Assembly (NCBI GenBank): GCA_964016885.1
Contig: OZ024740.1
Location: 18,414,001-18,478,000, forward strand
Length of the DNA stretch: 64,000 nt
Direction of reading: 5' to 3'
Origin: Eledone cirrhosa
Lineage: Eukaryota
The position numbers and the translations under genes are program-made. Positions 11,700 to 26,600 of the stretch are shown piece after piece (positions within the stretch are counted from its first letter, which is position 1; every line of letters begins with the position of its first letter). Under the pieces are notes generated by a model that saw nothing but the letters and a program-made list of their open reading frames with translations, did not search any database and was not told where the DNA came from.

Positions 11700-14600
11700 A
11701 TACGTCAGTTTCAGTAGTCAGTGGTGCAGTAATACGTCAGTTTCAGTAGTCACTGGTGCAGTAATACGTCAGTTTCAGTAGTCAGTGGTTCAGTAATATG
11801 TCAGTTTCAGTAGTCAGTGGTGCAGTAATACGCCAGTTTCAGTAGTCACTGGTGCAGTAATACGTCAGTTTCAGTAGTCACTGGTGCAGTAATACGCCAG
11901 TTTCAGTAGTCACTGGTGCAGTAATTCGTCAGTTTCAGTAGTCAGTGGTTCAGTAATACGTCAGTTTCAGTAGTCAGTGGTGCAGTAATACGCCAGTTTC
12001 AGTAGTCACTGGTGCAGTAATACGTCAGTTTCAGTAGTCAGTGGTTCAGTAATACGTCAGTTTCAGTAGTCAGTGGTGCAGTAATACGCCAGTTTCAGTA
12101 GTCACTGGTGCAGTAATACGTCAGTTTCAGTAGTCACTGGTGCAGTAATACGCCAGTTTCAGTAGTCACTGGTGCAGTAATACGCCAGTTTCAGTAGTCA
12201 CTGGTGCAGTAATACGCCAGTTTCAGTAGTCACTGGTGCAGTAATACGTCAGTTTCAGTAGTCACTGGTGCAGTAATACGTCAGTTTCAGTAGTCACTGG
12301 TGCAGTAATACGCCAGTTTCAGTAGTCACTGGTGCAGTAATACGCCAGTTTCAGTAGTCACTGGTGCAGTAATACGCCAGTTTCAGTAGTCACTGGTGCA
12401 GTAATACGCCAGTTTCAGTAGTCACTGGTGCAGTAATACGCCAGTTTCAGTAGTCACTGGTGCAGTAATACGTCAGTTTCAGTAGTCAGTGGTGCAGTAA
12501 TACGTCAGTTTCAGTAGTCAGTGGTGCAGTAATACGCCAGTTTCAGTAGTCACTGGTGCAGTAATACGTCAGTTTCAGTAGTCAGTGGTGCAGTAATACG
12601 TCAGTTTCAGTAGTCAGTGGTGCAGTAATACGTCAGTTTCAGTAGTCAGTGGTTCAGTAATACGTCAGTTTCAGTAGTCAGTGGTGCAGTAATACGTCAG
12701 TTTCAGTAGTCAGTGGTTCAGTAATACGTCAGTTTCAGTAGTCAGTGGTGCAGTAATACGTCAGTTTCAGTAGTCACTGGTGCAGTAATACGCCAGTTTC
12801 AGTAGTCACTGGTGCAGTAATACGTCAGTTTCAGTAGTCAGTGGTGCAGTAATACGCCAGTTTCAGTAGTCACTGGTGCAGTAATACGTCAGTTTCAGTA
12901 GTCAGTGGTGCAGTAATACGTCAGTTTCAGTAGTCAGTGGTGCAGTAATACGCCAGTTTCAGTAGTCACTGGTGCAGTAATACGTCAGTTTCAGTAGTCA
13001 GTGGTGCAGTAATACGTCAGTTTCAGTAGTCAGTGGTGCAGTAATACGTCAGTTTCAGTAGTCAGTGGTGCAGTAATACGTCAGTTTCAGTAGTCAGTGG
13101 TTCAGTAATACGTCAGTTTCAGTAGTCACTGGTGCAGTAATACGCCAGTTTCAGTAGTCACTGGTGCAGTAATACGTTAGTTTCAGTAGTCAGTGGTGCA
13201 GTAATACGCCAGTTTCAGTAGTCACTGGTGCAGTAATACGTCAGTTTCAGTAGTCAGTGGTGCAGTAATACGTCAGTTTCAGTAGTCAGTGGTGCAGTAA
13301 TACGCCAGTTTCAGTAGTCACTGGTGCAGTAATACGTCAGTTTCAGTAGTCAGTGGTTCAGTAATACGTCAGTTTCAGTAGTCAGTGGTGCAGTAATACG
13401 TCAGTTTCAGTAGTCAGTGGTGCAGTAATACGTCAGTTTCAGTAGTCAGTGGTGCAGTAATACGTCAGTTTCAGTAGTCACTGGTGCAGTAATACGTCAG
13501 TTTCAGTAGTCAGTGGTTCAGTAATACGTCAGTTTCAGTAGTCAGTGGTGCAGTAACACGTCAGTTTCAGTAGTCACTGGTGCAGTAATACGTCAGTTTC
13601 AGTAGTCAGTGGTTCAGTAATACGTCAGTTTCAGTAGTCAGTGGTGCAGTAATACGTCAGTTTCAGTAGTCACTGGTGCAGTAATACGTCAGTTTCAGTA
13701 GTCAGTGGTTCAGTAATACGTCAGTTTCAGTAGTCAGTGGTGCAGTAATACGTCAGTTTCAGTAGTCAGTGGTGCAGTAATACGTTAGTTTCAGTAGTCA
13801 GTGGTGCAGTAATACGTCAGTTTCAGTAGTCACTGGTGCAGTAATACGTCAGTTTCAGTAGTCAGTGGTTCAGTAATACGTCAGTTTCAGTAGTCAGTGG
13901 TTCAGTAATACGTCAGTTTCAGTAGTCAGTGGTGCAGTAATACGCCAGTTTCAGTAGTCACTGGTGCAGTAATACGTCAGTTTCAGTAGTCAGTGGTTCA
14001 GTAATACGTCAGTTTCAGTAGTCAGTGGTGCAGTAATACGCCAGCTTCAGTAGTCACTGGTGCAGTAATACGTCAGTTTCAGTAGTCACTGGTGCAGTAA
14101 TACGTCAGTTTCAGTAGTCACTGGTGCAGTAATACGTCAGTTTCAGTAGTCAGTGGTTCAGTAATACGTCAGTTTCAGTAGTCAGTGGTGCAGTAATACG
14201 CCAGTTTCAGTAGTCACTGGTGCAGTAATACGTCAGTTTCAGTAGTCAGTGGTTCAGTAATACGTCAGTTTCAGTAGTCAGTGGTTCAGTAATACGCCAG
14301 TTTCAGTAGTCACTGGTGCAGTAATACGTCAGTTTCAGTAGTCACTGGTGCAGTAATACGCCAGTTTCAGTAGTCACTGGTGCAGTAATACGCCAGTTTC
14401 AGTAGTCACTGGTGCAGTAATACGCCAGTTTCAGTAGTCACTGGTGCAGTAATACGTCAGTTTCAGTAGTCACTGGTGCAGTAATACGTCAGTTTCAGTA
14501 GTCAGTGGTGCAGTAATACGCCAGTTTCAGTAGTCACTGGTGCAGTAATACGTCAGTTTCAGTAGTCAGTGGTGCAGTAATACGCCAGTTTCAGTAGTCA

Positions 14601-17600
14601 CTGGCGCAGTAATACGTCAGTTTCAGTAGTCACTGGTGCAGTAATACGTCAGTTTCAGTAGTCACTGGTGCAGTAATACGCCAGTTTCAGTAGTCACTGG
14701 TGCAGTAATACGTCAGTTTCAGTAGTCACTGGTGCAGTAATACGTCAGTTTCAGTAGTCAGTGGTGCAGTAATACGCCAGTTTCAGTAGTCACTGGTGCA
14801 GTAATACGTCAGTTTCAGTAGTCAGTGGTGCAGTAATACGCCAGTTTCAGTAGTCACTGGCGCAGTAATACGTCAGTTTCAGTAGTCACTGGTGCAGTAA
14901 TACGTCAGTTTCAGTAGTCACTGGTGCAGTAATACGTCAGTTACAGTAGTCACTGGTGCAGTAATACGTCAGTTTCAGTAGTCAGTGGTGCAGTAATACG
15001 TCAGTTACAGTAGTCAGTGGTGCAGTAATACGTCAGTTTCAGTAGTCACTGGTGCAGTAATACGTCAGTTTCAGTAGTCACTGGTGCAGTAATACGTCAG
15101 TTTCAGTAGTCAGTGGTGCAGTAATGGGTCAGTTTCAGTAGTCACTGGTGCAGTAATACGTCGGTTTCAGTAGTCAGTGGTGCAGTAATGGGTCAGTTTC
15201 AGTAGTCACTGGTGCAGTAATACGTCAGTTTCAGTAGTCAGTGGTGCAGTAATACGTCAGTTTCAGTAGTCACTGGTGCAGTAATACGTCAGTTTCAGTA
15301 GTCAGTGGTGCAGTAATACATCAGTTTCAGTAGTCACTGGTGCAGTAATACGTCAGTTTCAGTAGTCAGTGGTGCTGTAATACGTCAGTTACAGTAGTCA
15401 GTGGTGCAGTAATACGTCAGTTTCAGTAGTCACTGGTGCAGTAATACGTCAGTTTCAGTAGTCACTGGTGCAGTAATACGTCAGTTTCAGTAGTCAGTGG
15501 TTCAGTAATATGTCAGTTTCAGTAGTCAGTGGTGCAGTAATACGTCAGTTTCAGTAGTCACTGGTGCAGTAATACGTCAGTTTCAGTAGTCAGTGGTGCA
15601 GTAATACGTCAGTTTCAGTAGTCAGTGGTGCAGTAATACGTCAGTTTCAGTAGTCAGTGGTGCAGTAATACGCCAGTTTCAGTAGTCACTGGTGCAGTAA
15701 TACGTCAGTTTCAGTAGTCAGTGGTGCAGTAATACGCCAGTTTCAGTAGTCACTGGTGCAGTAATACGCCAGTTTCAGTAGTCACTGGTGCAGTAATACG
15801 TCAGTTTCAGTAGTCAGTGGTGCAGTAATACGTCAGTTTCAGTAGTCAGTGGTGCAGTAATACGCCAGTTTCAGTAGTCAGTGGTGCAGTAATACATCAG
15901 TTTCAGTAGTCACTGGTGCAGTAATACGTCAGTTTCAGTAGTCAGTGGTGCAGTAATACGTCAGTTACAGTAGTCAGTGGTGCAGTAATACGTCAGTTTC
16001 AGTAGTCACTGGTGCAGTAATACGTCAGTTTCAGTAGTCACTGGTGCAGTAATACGTCAGTTTCAGTAGTCAGTGGTTCAGTAATACGTCAGTTTCAGTA
16101 GTCAGTGGTTCAGTAATACGTCAGTTTCAGTAGTCAGTGGTGCAGTAATACGTCAGTTTCAGTAGTCAGTGGTGCAGTAATACGCCAGTTTCAGTAGTCA
16201 CTGGTGCAGTAATACGTCAGTTTCAGTAGTCAGTGGTGCAGTAATACGTCAGTTTCAGTAGTCAGTGGTGCAGTAATACGCCAGTTTCAGTAGTCACTGG
16301 TGCAGTAATACGTCAGTTTCAGTAGTCAGTGGTGCAGTAATACGTCAGTTTCAGTAGTCAGTGGTGCAGTAATACGTCAGTTTCAGTAGTCAGTGGTTCA
16401 GTAATACGTCAGTTTCAGTAGTCAGTGGTGCAGTAATACGTCAGTTTCAGTAGTCAGTGGTTCAGTAATACGTCAGTTTCAGTAGTCAGTGGTGCAGTAA
16501 TACGTCAGTTTCAGTAGTCACTGGTGCAGTAATACGCCAGTTTCAGTAGTCACTGGTGCAGTAATACGTCAGTTTCAGTAGTCAGTGGTGCAGTAATACG
16601 CCAGTTTCAGTAGTCACTGGTGCAGTAATACGTCAGTTTCAGTAGTCAGTGGTGCAGTAATACGTCAGTTTCAGTAGTCAGTGGTGCAGTAATACGCCAG
16701 TTTCAGTAGTCAGTGGTGCAGTAATACGCCAGTTTCAGTAGTCAGTGGTGCAGTAATACGCCAGTTTCAGTAGTCAGTGGTGCAGTAATACGCCAGTTTC
16801 AGTAGTCACTGGTGCAGTAATACGTCAGTTTCAGTAGTCAGTGGTGCAGTAATACGTCAGTTTCAGTAGTCAGTGGTGCAGTAATACGTCAGTTTCAGTA
16901 GTCAGTGGTTCAGTAATACGTCAGTTTCAGTAGTCAGTGGTGCAGTAATACGTCAGTTTCAGTAGTCAGTGGTTCAGTAATACGTCAGTTTCAGTAGTCA
17001 GTGGTGCAGTAATACGTCAGTTTCAGTAGTCACTGGTGCAGTAATACGCCAGTTTCAGTAGTCACTGGTGCAGTAATACGTCAGTTTCAGTAGTCAGTGG
17101 TGCAGTAATACGCCAGTTTCAGTAGTCACTGGTGCAGTAATACGTCAGTTTCAGTAGTCAGTGGTGCAGTAATACGTCAGTTTCAGTAGTCAGTGGTGCA
17201 GTAATACGCCAGTTTCAGTAGTCAGTGGTGCAGTAATACGCCAGTTTCAGTAGTCACTGGTGCAGTAATACGCCAGTTTCAGTAGTCAGTGGTGCAGTAA
17301 TACGCCAGTTTCAGTAGTCAGTGGTGCAGTAATACGCCAGTTTCAGTAGTCACTGGTGCAGTAATACGTCAGTTTCAGTAGTCAGTGGTGCAGTAATACG
17401 TCAGTTTCAGTAGTCAGTGGTTCAGTAATACGTCAGTTTCAGTAGTCACTGGTGCAGTAATACGTCAGTTTCAGTAGTCACTGGTGCAGTAATACGCCAG
17501 TTTCAGTAGTCACTGGTGCAGTAATACGTCAGTTTCAGTAGTCAGTGGTGCAGTAATACGTCAGCTTCAGTAGTCAGTGGTGCAGTAATACGCCAGTGTC

Positions 17601-20600
17601 AGTAGTCACTGGTGCAGTAATACGTCAGTTTCAGTAGTCACTGGTGCAGTAATACGCCAGTGTCAGTAGTCACTGGTGCAGTAATACGCCAGTGTCAGTA
17701 GTCACTGGTGCAGTAATACGTCAGTTTCAGTAGTCAGTGGTGCAGTAATACGTCAGTTTCAGTAGTCAGTGGTGCAGTAATACGCCAGTGTCAGTAGTCA
17801 CTGGTGCAGTAATACGTCAGTTTCAGTAGTCACTGGTGCAGTAATACGTCAGTTTCAGTAGTCAGTGGTGCAGTAATACGCCAGTGTCAGTAGTCACTGG
17901 TGCAGTAATACGCCAGTTTCAGTAGTCACTGGTGCAGTAATACGTCAGTTTCAGTAGTCAGTGGTGCAGTAATACGTCAGTTTCAGTAGTCAGTGGTGCA
18001 GTAATACGCCAGTGTCAGTAGTCACTGGTGCAGTAATACGCCAGTTTCAGTAGTCACTGGTGCAGTAATACGTCAGTTTCAGTAGTCAGTGGTGCAGTAA
18101 TACGTCAGTTTCAGTAGTCAGTGGTTCAGTAATACGTCAGTTTCAGTAGTCAGTGGTGCAGTAATACGTCAGTTTCAGTAGTCAGTGGTGCAGTAATACG
18201 TCAGTTTCAGTAGTCAGTGGTGCAGTAATACGTCAGTTTCAGTAGTCACTGGTGCAGTAATACGTCAGTTTCAGTAGTCAGTGGTGCAGTAATACGTCAG
18301 TTTAGTAGTCAGTGGTTCAGTAATACGTCAGTTTCAGTAGTCAGTGGTGCAGTAATACGTCAGTTTCAGTAGTCAGTGGTGCAGTAATACGTCAGTTTCA
18401 GTAGTCACTGGTGCAGTAATACGTCAGTTTCAGTAGTCAGTGGTGCAGTAATACGTCAGTTTCAGTAGTCAGTGGTTCAGTAATACGTCAGTTTCAGTAG
18501 TCAGTGGTGCAGTAATACGTCAGTTTCAGTAGTCAGTGGTGCAGTAATACGTCAGTTTCAGTAGTCACTGGTGCAGTAATACGTCAGTTTCAGTAGTCAG
18601 TGGTGCAGTAATACGTCAGTTTCAGTAGTCAGTGGTTCAGTAATACGTCAGTTTCAGTAGTCAGTGGTGCAGTAATACGTCAGTTTCAGTAGTCAGTGGT
18701 GCAGTAATACGTCAGTTTCAGTAGTCACTGGTGCAGTAATACGTCAGTTTCAGTAGTCAGTGGTGCAGTAATACGTCAGTTTCAGTAGTCAGTGGTTCAG
18801 TAATACGTCAGTTTCAGTAGTCAGTGGTTCAGTAATACGTCAGTTTCAGTAGTCAGTGGTGCAGTAATACGCCAGTTTCAGTAGTCAGTGGTGCAGTAAT
18901 ACGCCAGTTTCAGTAGTCACTGGTGCAGTAATACGTCAGTTTCAGTAGTCAGTGGTGCAGTAATACGTCAGTTTCAGTAGTCAGTGGTGCAGTAATACGC
19001 CAGTGTCAGTAGTCACTGGTGCAGTAATACGCCAGTTTCAGTAGTCAGTGGTGCAGTAATACGTCAGTTTCAGTAGTCAGTGGTTCAGTAATACGTCAGT
19101 TTCAGTAGTCAGTGGTGCAGTAATACGTCAGTTTCAGTAGTCAGTGGTTCAGTAATACGTCAGTTTCAGTAGTCAGTGGTGCAGTAATACGTCAGTTTCA
19201 GTAGTCAGTGGTGCAGTAATACGTCAGTTTCAGTAGTCAGTGGTGCAGTAATACGTCAGTTTCAGTAGTCAGTGGTTCAGTAATACGTCAGTTTCAGTAG
19301 TCAGTGGTGCAGTAATACGTCAGTTTCAGTAGTCAGTGGTGCAGTAATACGTCAGTTTCAGTAGTCAGTGGTTCAGTAATACGCCAGTTTCAGTAGTCAC
19401 TGGTGCAGTAATACGTCAGTTTCAGTAGTCAGTGGTGCAGTAATACGTCAGTTTCAGTAGTCACTGGTGCAGTAATACGTCCAGTGTCAGTAGTCACTGG
19501 TGCAGTATACGCCAGTGTCAGTAGTCACTGGTGCAGTAATACGCCAGTTTCAGTAGTCACTGGTGCAGTAATACGTCAGTTTCAGTAGTCAGTGGTGCAG
19601 TAATACGTCAGTTTCAGTAGTCAGTGGTTCAGTAATACGTCAGTTTCAGTAGTCAGTGGTGCAGTAATACGTCAGTTTCAGTAGTCAGTGGTTCAGTAAT
19701 ACGTCAGTTTCAGTAGTCAGTGGTGCAGTAATACGTCAGTTTCAGTAGTCAGTGGTTGCAGTAATACGTCAGTTTCAGTAGTCAGTGGTGCAGTAATACG
19801 TCAGTTTCAGTAGTCACTGGTGCAGTAATACGTCAGTTTCAGTAGTCACTGGTGCAGTAATACGTCAGTTTCAGTAGTCAGTGGTTCAGTAATATGTCAG
19901 TTTCAGTAGTCAGTGGTGCAGTAATACGTCAGTTTCAGTAGTCACTGGTGCAGTAATACGTCAGTTTCAGTAGTCACTGGTGCAGTAATACGCCAGTGTC
20001 AGTAGTCACTGGTGCAGTAATACGCCAGTGTCAGTAGTCACTGGTGCAGTAATACGTCAGTTTCAGTAGTCAGTGGTGCAGTAATACGTCAGTTTCAGTA
20101 GTCAGTGGTTCAGTAATACGTCAGTTTCAGTAGTCAGTGGTGCAGTAATACGTCAGTTTCAGTAGTCAGTGGTTCAGTAATACGTCAGTTTCAGTAGTCA
20201 GCTGGTGCAGTAATACGTCAGTTTCAGTAGTCAGTGGTTCAGTAATACGTCAGTTTCAGTAGTCAGTGGTGCAGTAATACGTCAGTTTCAGTAGTCAGTG
20301 GTGCAGTAATACGTCAGTTTCAGTAGTCACTGGTGCAGTAATACGTCAGTTTCAGTAGTCACTGGTGCAGTAATACGTCAGTTTCAGTAGTCAGTGGTTC
20401 AGTAATATGTCAGTTTCAGTAGTCAGTGGTGCAGTAATACGTCAGTTTCAGTAGTCACTGGTGCAGTAATACGTCAGTTTCAGTAGTCAGTGGTGCAGTA
20501 ATACGTCAGTTTCAGTAGTCAGTGGTGCAGTAATACGTCAGTTTCAGTAGTCAGTGGTGCAGTAATACGCCAGTTTCAGTAGTCACTGGTGCAGTAATAC

Positions 20601-23600
20601 GTCAGTTTCAGTAGTCAGTGGTGCAGTAATACGCCAGTTTCAGTAGTCACTGGTGCAGTAATACGCAGTTTCAGTAGTCACTGGTGCAGTAATACGTCAG
20701 TTTCAGTAGTCAGTGGTGCAGTAATACGTCAGTTTCAGTAGTCAGTGGTGCAGTAATACGCCAGTTTCAGTAGTCAGTGGTGCAGTAAATACATCAGTTT
20801 CAGTAGTCACTGGTGCAGTAATACGTCAGTTTCAGTAGTCAGTGGTGCAGTAATACGTCAGTTTCAGTAGTCAGTGGTGCAGTAATACGTCAGTTTCAGT
20901 AGTCATGGTGCAGTAATACGTCAGTTTCAGTAGTCACTGGTGCAGTAATACGTCAGTTTCAGTAGTCAGTGGTTCAGTAATACGTCAGTTTCAGTAGTCA
21001 GTGGTGCAGTAATACGTCAGTTTCAGTAGTCAGTGGTGCAGTAATACGTCAGTTTCAGTAGTCAGTGGTTCAGTAATACGTCAGTTTCAGTAGTCACTGG
21101 TGCAGTAATACGCCAGTTTCAGTAGTCAGTGGTGCAGTAATACGCCAGTTTCAGTAGTCAGTGGTGCAGTAATACGTCAGTTTCAGTAGTCACTAGTGCA
21201 GTAATACGTCAGTTTCAGTAGTCAGTGGTTCAGTAATATGTCAGTTTCAGTAGTCAGTGGTGCAGTAATACGCCAGTTTCAGTAGTCACTGGTGCAGTAA
21301 TACGTCAGTTTCAGTAGTCACTGGTGCAGTAATACGCCAGTTTCAGTAGTCACTGGTGCAGTAATTCGTCAGTTTCAGTAGTCAGTGGTTCAGTAATACG
21401 TCAGTTTCAGTAGTCAGTGGTGCAGTAATACGCCAGTTTCAGTAGTCACTGGTGCAGTAATACGTCAGTTTCAGTAGTCAGTGGTTCAGTAATACGTCAG
21501 TTTCAGTAGTCAGTGGTGCAGTAATACGCCAGTTTCAGTAGTCACTGGTGCAGTAATACGTCAGTTTCAGTAGTCACTGGTGCAGTAATACGCCAGTTTC
21601 AGTAGTCACTGGTGCAGTAATACGCCAGTTTCAGTAGTCACTGGTGCAGTAATACGCCAGTTTCAGTAGTCACTGGTGCAGTAATACGTCAGTTCCAGTA
21701 GTCACTGGTGCAGTAATACGTCAGTTTCAGTAGTCACTGGTGCAGTAATACGCCAGTTTCAGTAGTCACTGGTGCAGTAATACGCAGTTTCAGTAGTCAC
21801 TGGTGCAGTAATACGCCAGTTTCAGTAGTCACTGGTGCAGTAATACGCCAGTTTCAGTAGTCACTGGTGCAGTAATACGTCAGTTTCAGTAGTCAGTGGT
21901 GCAGTAATACGTCAGTTTCAGTAGTCAGTGGTGCAGTAATACGCCAGTTTCAGTAGTCACTGGTGCAGTAATACGTCAGTTTCAGTAGTCAGTGGTGCAG
22001 TAATACGTCAGTTTCAGTAGTCAGTGGTGCAGTAATACGTCAGTTTCAGTAGTCAGTGGTTCAGTAATACGTCAGTTTCAGTAGTCAGTGGTGCAGTAAT
22101 ACGTCAGTTTCAGTAGTCAGTGGTTCAGTAATACGTCAGTTTCAGTAGTCAGTGGTGCAGTAATACGTCAGTTTCAGTAGTCACTGGTGCAGTAATACGC
22201 CAGTTTCAGTAGTCACTGGTGCAGTAATACGTCAGTTTCAGTAGTCAGTGGTGCAGTAATACGCCAGTTTCAGTAGTCACTGGTGCAGTAATACGTCAGT
22301 TTCAGTAGTCAGTGGTGCAGTAATACGTCAGTTTCAGTAGTCAGTGGTGCAGTAATACGCCAGTTTCAGTAGTCACTGGTGTAGTAATACGTCAGTTTCA
22401 GTAGTCAGTGGTGCAGTAATACGTCAGTTTCAGTAGTCAGTGGTGCAGTAATACGTCAGTTTCAGTAGTCAGTGGTTCAGTAATACGTCAGTTTCAGTAG
22501 TCAGTGGTGCAGTAATACGTCAGTTTCAGTAGTCAGTGGTTCAGTAATACGTCAGTTTCAGTAGTCACTGGTGCAGTAATACGCCAGTTTCAGTAGTCAC
22601 TGGTGCAGTATTACGTCAGTTTCAGTAGTCAGTGGTGCAGTAATACGCCAGTTTCAGTAGTCACTGGTGCAGTAATACGTCAGTTTCAGTAGTCAGTGGT
22701 GCAGTAATACGTCAGTTTCAGTAGTCAGTGGTGCAGTAATACGCCAGTTTCAGTAGTCACTGGTGCAGTAATACGTCAGTTTCAGTAGTCAGTGGTGCAG
22801 TAATACGTCAGTTTCAGTAGTCAGTGGTTCAGTAATACGTCAGTTTCAGTAGTCAGTGGTTCAGTAATACGTCAGTTTCAGTAGTCTGTGGTGCAGTAAT
22901 ACGTCAGTTTCAGTAGTCAGTGGTTCAGTAATACGTCAGTTTCAGTAGTCAGTGGTGCAGTAATACGTCAGTTTCAGTAGTCAGTGGTTCAGTAATACGT
23001 CAGTTTCAGTAGTCAGTGGTGCAGTAATACGTCAGTTTCAGTAGTCAGTGGTGCAGTAATACGTCAGTTTCAGTAGTCAGTGGTGCAGTAATACGTCAGT
23101 TTCAGTAGTCACTGGTGCAGTAATACGTCAGTTTCAGTAGTCAGTGGTTCAGTAATACGTCAGTTTCAGTAGTCAGTGGTGCAGTAACACGTCAGTTTCA
23201 GTAGTCACTGGTGCAGTAATACGTCAGTTTCAGTAGTCAGTGGTTCAGTAATACGTCAGTTTCAGTAGTCAGTGGTGCAGTAATACGTCAGTTTCAGTAG
23301 TCACTGGTGCAGTAATACGTCAGTTTCAGTAGTCAGTGGTTCAGTAATACGTCAGTTTCAGTAGTCAGTGGTGCAGTAATACGTCAGTTTCAGTAGTCAG
23401 TGGTGCAGTAATACGTTAGTTTCAGTAGTCAGTGGTGCAGTAATACGTCAGTTTCAGTAGTCACTGGTGCAGTAATACGTCAGTTTCAGTAGTCAGTGGT
23501 TCAGTAATACGTCAGTTTCAGTAGTCAGTGGTTCAGTAATACGTCAGTTTCAGTAGTCAGTGGTGCAGTAATACGTCAGTTTCAGTAGTCACTGGTGCAG

Positions 23601-26600
23601 TAATACGTCAGTTTCAGTAGTCAGTGGTTCAGTAATACGTCAGTTTCAGTAGTCAGTGGTGCAGTAATACGCCAGTTTCAGTAGTCACTGGTGCAGTAAT
23701 ACGTCAGTTTCAGTAGTCACTGGTGCAGTAATACGTCAGTTTCAGTAGTCACTGGTGCAGTAATACGTCAGTTTCAGTAGTCAGTGGTTCAGTAATACGT
23801 CAGTTTCAGTAGTCAGTGGTGCAGTAATACGCCAGTTTCAGTAGTCACTGGTGCAGTAATACGTCAGTTTCAGTAGTCAGTGGTTCAGTAATACGTCAGT
23901 TTCAGTAGTCAGTGGTTCAGTAATACGCCAGTTTCAGTAGTCACTGGTGCAGTAATACGTCAGTTTCAGTAGTCACTGGTGCAGTAATACGCCAGTTTCA
24001 GTAGTCACTGGTGCAGTAATACGCCAGTTTCAGTAGTCACTGGTGCAGTAATACGCCAGTTTCAGTAGTCACTGGTGCAGTAATACGTCAGTTTCAGTAG
24101 TCACTGGTGCAGTAATACGTCAGTTTCAGTAGTCAGTGGTGCAGTAATACGCCAGTTTCAGTAGTCACTGGTGCAGTAATACGTCAGTTTCAGTAGTCAG
24201 TGGTGCAGTAATACGCCAGTTTCAGTAGTCACTGGCGCAGTAATACGTCAGTTTCAGTAGTCACTGGTGCAGTAATACGTCAGTTTCAGTAGTCACTGGT
24301 GCAGTAATACGCCAGTTTCAGTAGTCACTGGTGCAGTAATACGTCAGTTTCAGTAGTCACTGGTGCAGTAATACGTCAGTTTCAGTAGTCAGTGGTGCAG
24401 TAATACGTCAGTTTCAGTAGTCAGTGGTGCAGTAATACGCCAGTTTCAGTAGTCAGTGGTGCAGTAATACGCCAGTTTCAGTAGTCACTGGTGCAGTAAT
24501 ACGTCAGTTTCAGTAGTCAGTGGTGCAGTAATACGCCAGTTTCAGTAGTCACTGGCGCAGTAATACGTCAGTTTCAGTAGTCACTGGTGCAGTAATACGT
24601 CAGTTTCAGTAGTCACTGGTGCAGTAATACGTCAGTTACAGTAGTCACTGCTGCAGTAATACGTCAGTTTCAGTAGTCAGTGGCGCAGTAATACGTCAGT
24701 TACAGTAGTCAGTGGTGCAGTAATACGTCAGTTTCAGTAGTCACTGGTGCAGTAATACGTCAGTTTCAGTAGTCACTGGTGCAGTAATACGTCAGTTTCA
24801 GTAGTCAGTGGTGCAGTAATGGGTCAGTTTCAGTAGTCACTGGTGCAGTAATACGTCGGTTTCAGTAGTCAGTGGTGCAGTAATGGGTCAGTTTCAGTAG
24901 TCACTGGTGCAGTAATACGTCAGTTTCAGTAGTCAGTGGTGCAGTAATACGTCAGTTTCAGTAGTCACTGGTGCAGTAATACGTCAGTTTCAGTAGTCAG
25001 TGGTGCAGTAATACATCAGTTTCAGTAGTCACTGGTGCAGTAATACGTCAGTTTCAGTAGTCAGTGGTGCAGTAATACATCAGTTACAGTAGTCAGTGGT
25101 GCAGTAATACGTCAGTTTCAGTAGTCACTGGTGCAGTAATACGTCAGTTTCAGTAGTCACTGGTGCAGTAATACGTCAGTTTCAGTAGTCAGTGGTTCAG
25201 TAATACGTCAGTTTCAGTAGTCAGTGGTTCAGTAATACGTCAGTTTCAGTAGTCAGTGGTGCAGTAATACGTCAGTTTCAGTAGTCACTGGTGCAGTAAT
25301 ACGTCAGTTTCAGTAGTCAGTGGTTCAGTAATATGTCAGTTTCAGTAGTCAGTGGTGCAGTAATACGTCAGTTTCAGTAGTCACTGGTGCAGTAATACGT
25401 CAGTTTCAGTAGTCAGTGGTGCAGTAATACGTCAGTTTCAGTAGTCAGTGGTGCAGTAATACGTCAGTTTCAGTAGTCAGTGGTGCAGTAATACGCCAGT
25501 TTCAGTAGTCAGTGGTGCAGTAATACGTCAGTTTCAGTAGTCACTGGTGCAGTAATACGTCAGTTTCAGTAGTCAGTGGTGCAGTAATACGTCAGTTTCA
25601 GTAGTCAGTGGTGCAGTAATACGCCAGTTTCAGTAGTCAGTGGTGCAGTAATACATCAGTTTCAGTAGTCACTGGTGCAGTAATACGTCAGTTTCAGTAG
25701 TCAGTGGTGCAGTAATACGTCAGTTACAGTAGTCAGTGGTGCAGTAATACGTCAGTTTCAGTAGTCACTGGTGCAGTAATACGTCAGTTTCAGTAGTCAC
25801 TGGTGCAGTAATACGTCAGTTTCAGTAGTCAGTGGTTCAGTAATACGTCAGTTTCAGTAGTCAGTGGTTCAGTAATACGTCAGTTTCAGTAGTCAGTGGT
25901 GCAGTAATACGTCAGTTTCAGTAGTCAGTGGTGCAGTAATACGCCAGTTTCAGTAGTCACTGGTGCAGTAATACGTCAGTTTCAGTAGTCAGTGGTGCAG
26001 TAATACGTCAGTTTCAGTAGTCAGTGGTGCAGTAATACGCCAGTTTCAGTAGTCACTGGTGCAGTAATACGTCAGTTTCAGTAGTCAGTGGTGCAGTAAT
26101 ACGTCAGTTTCAGTAGTCAGTGGTGCAGTAATACGTCAGTTTCAGTAGTCAGTGGTTCAGTAATACGTCAGTTTCAGTAGTCAGTGGTGCAGTAATACGT
26201 CAGTTTCAGTAGTCAGTGGTTCAGTAATACGTCAGTTTCAGTAGTCAGTGGTGCAGTAATACGTCAGTTTCAGTAGTCACTGGTGCAGTAATACGCCAGT
26301 TTCAGTAGTCACTGGTGCAGTAATACGTCAGTTTCAGTAGTCAGTGGTGCAGTAATACGCCAGTTTCAGTAGTCACTGGTGCAGTAATACGTCAGTTTCA
26401 GTAGTCAGTGGTGCAGTAATACGTCAGTTTCAGTAGTCAGTGGTGCAGTAATACGCCAGTTTCAGTAGTCACTGGTGCAGTAATACGTCAGTTTCAGTAG
26501 TCAGTGGTGCAGTAATACGTCAGTTTCAGTAGTCAGTGGTGCAGTAATACGTCAGTTTCAGTAGTCAGTGGTTCAGTAATACGTCAGTTTCAGTAGTCAG

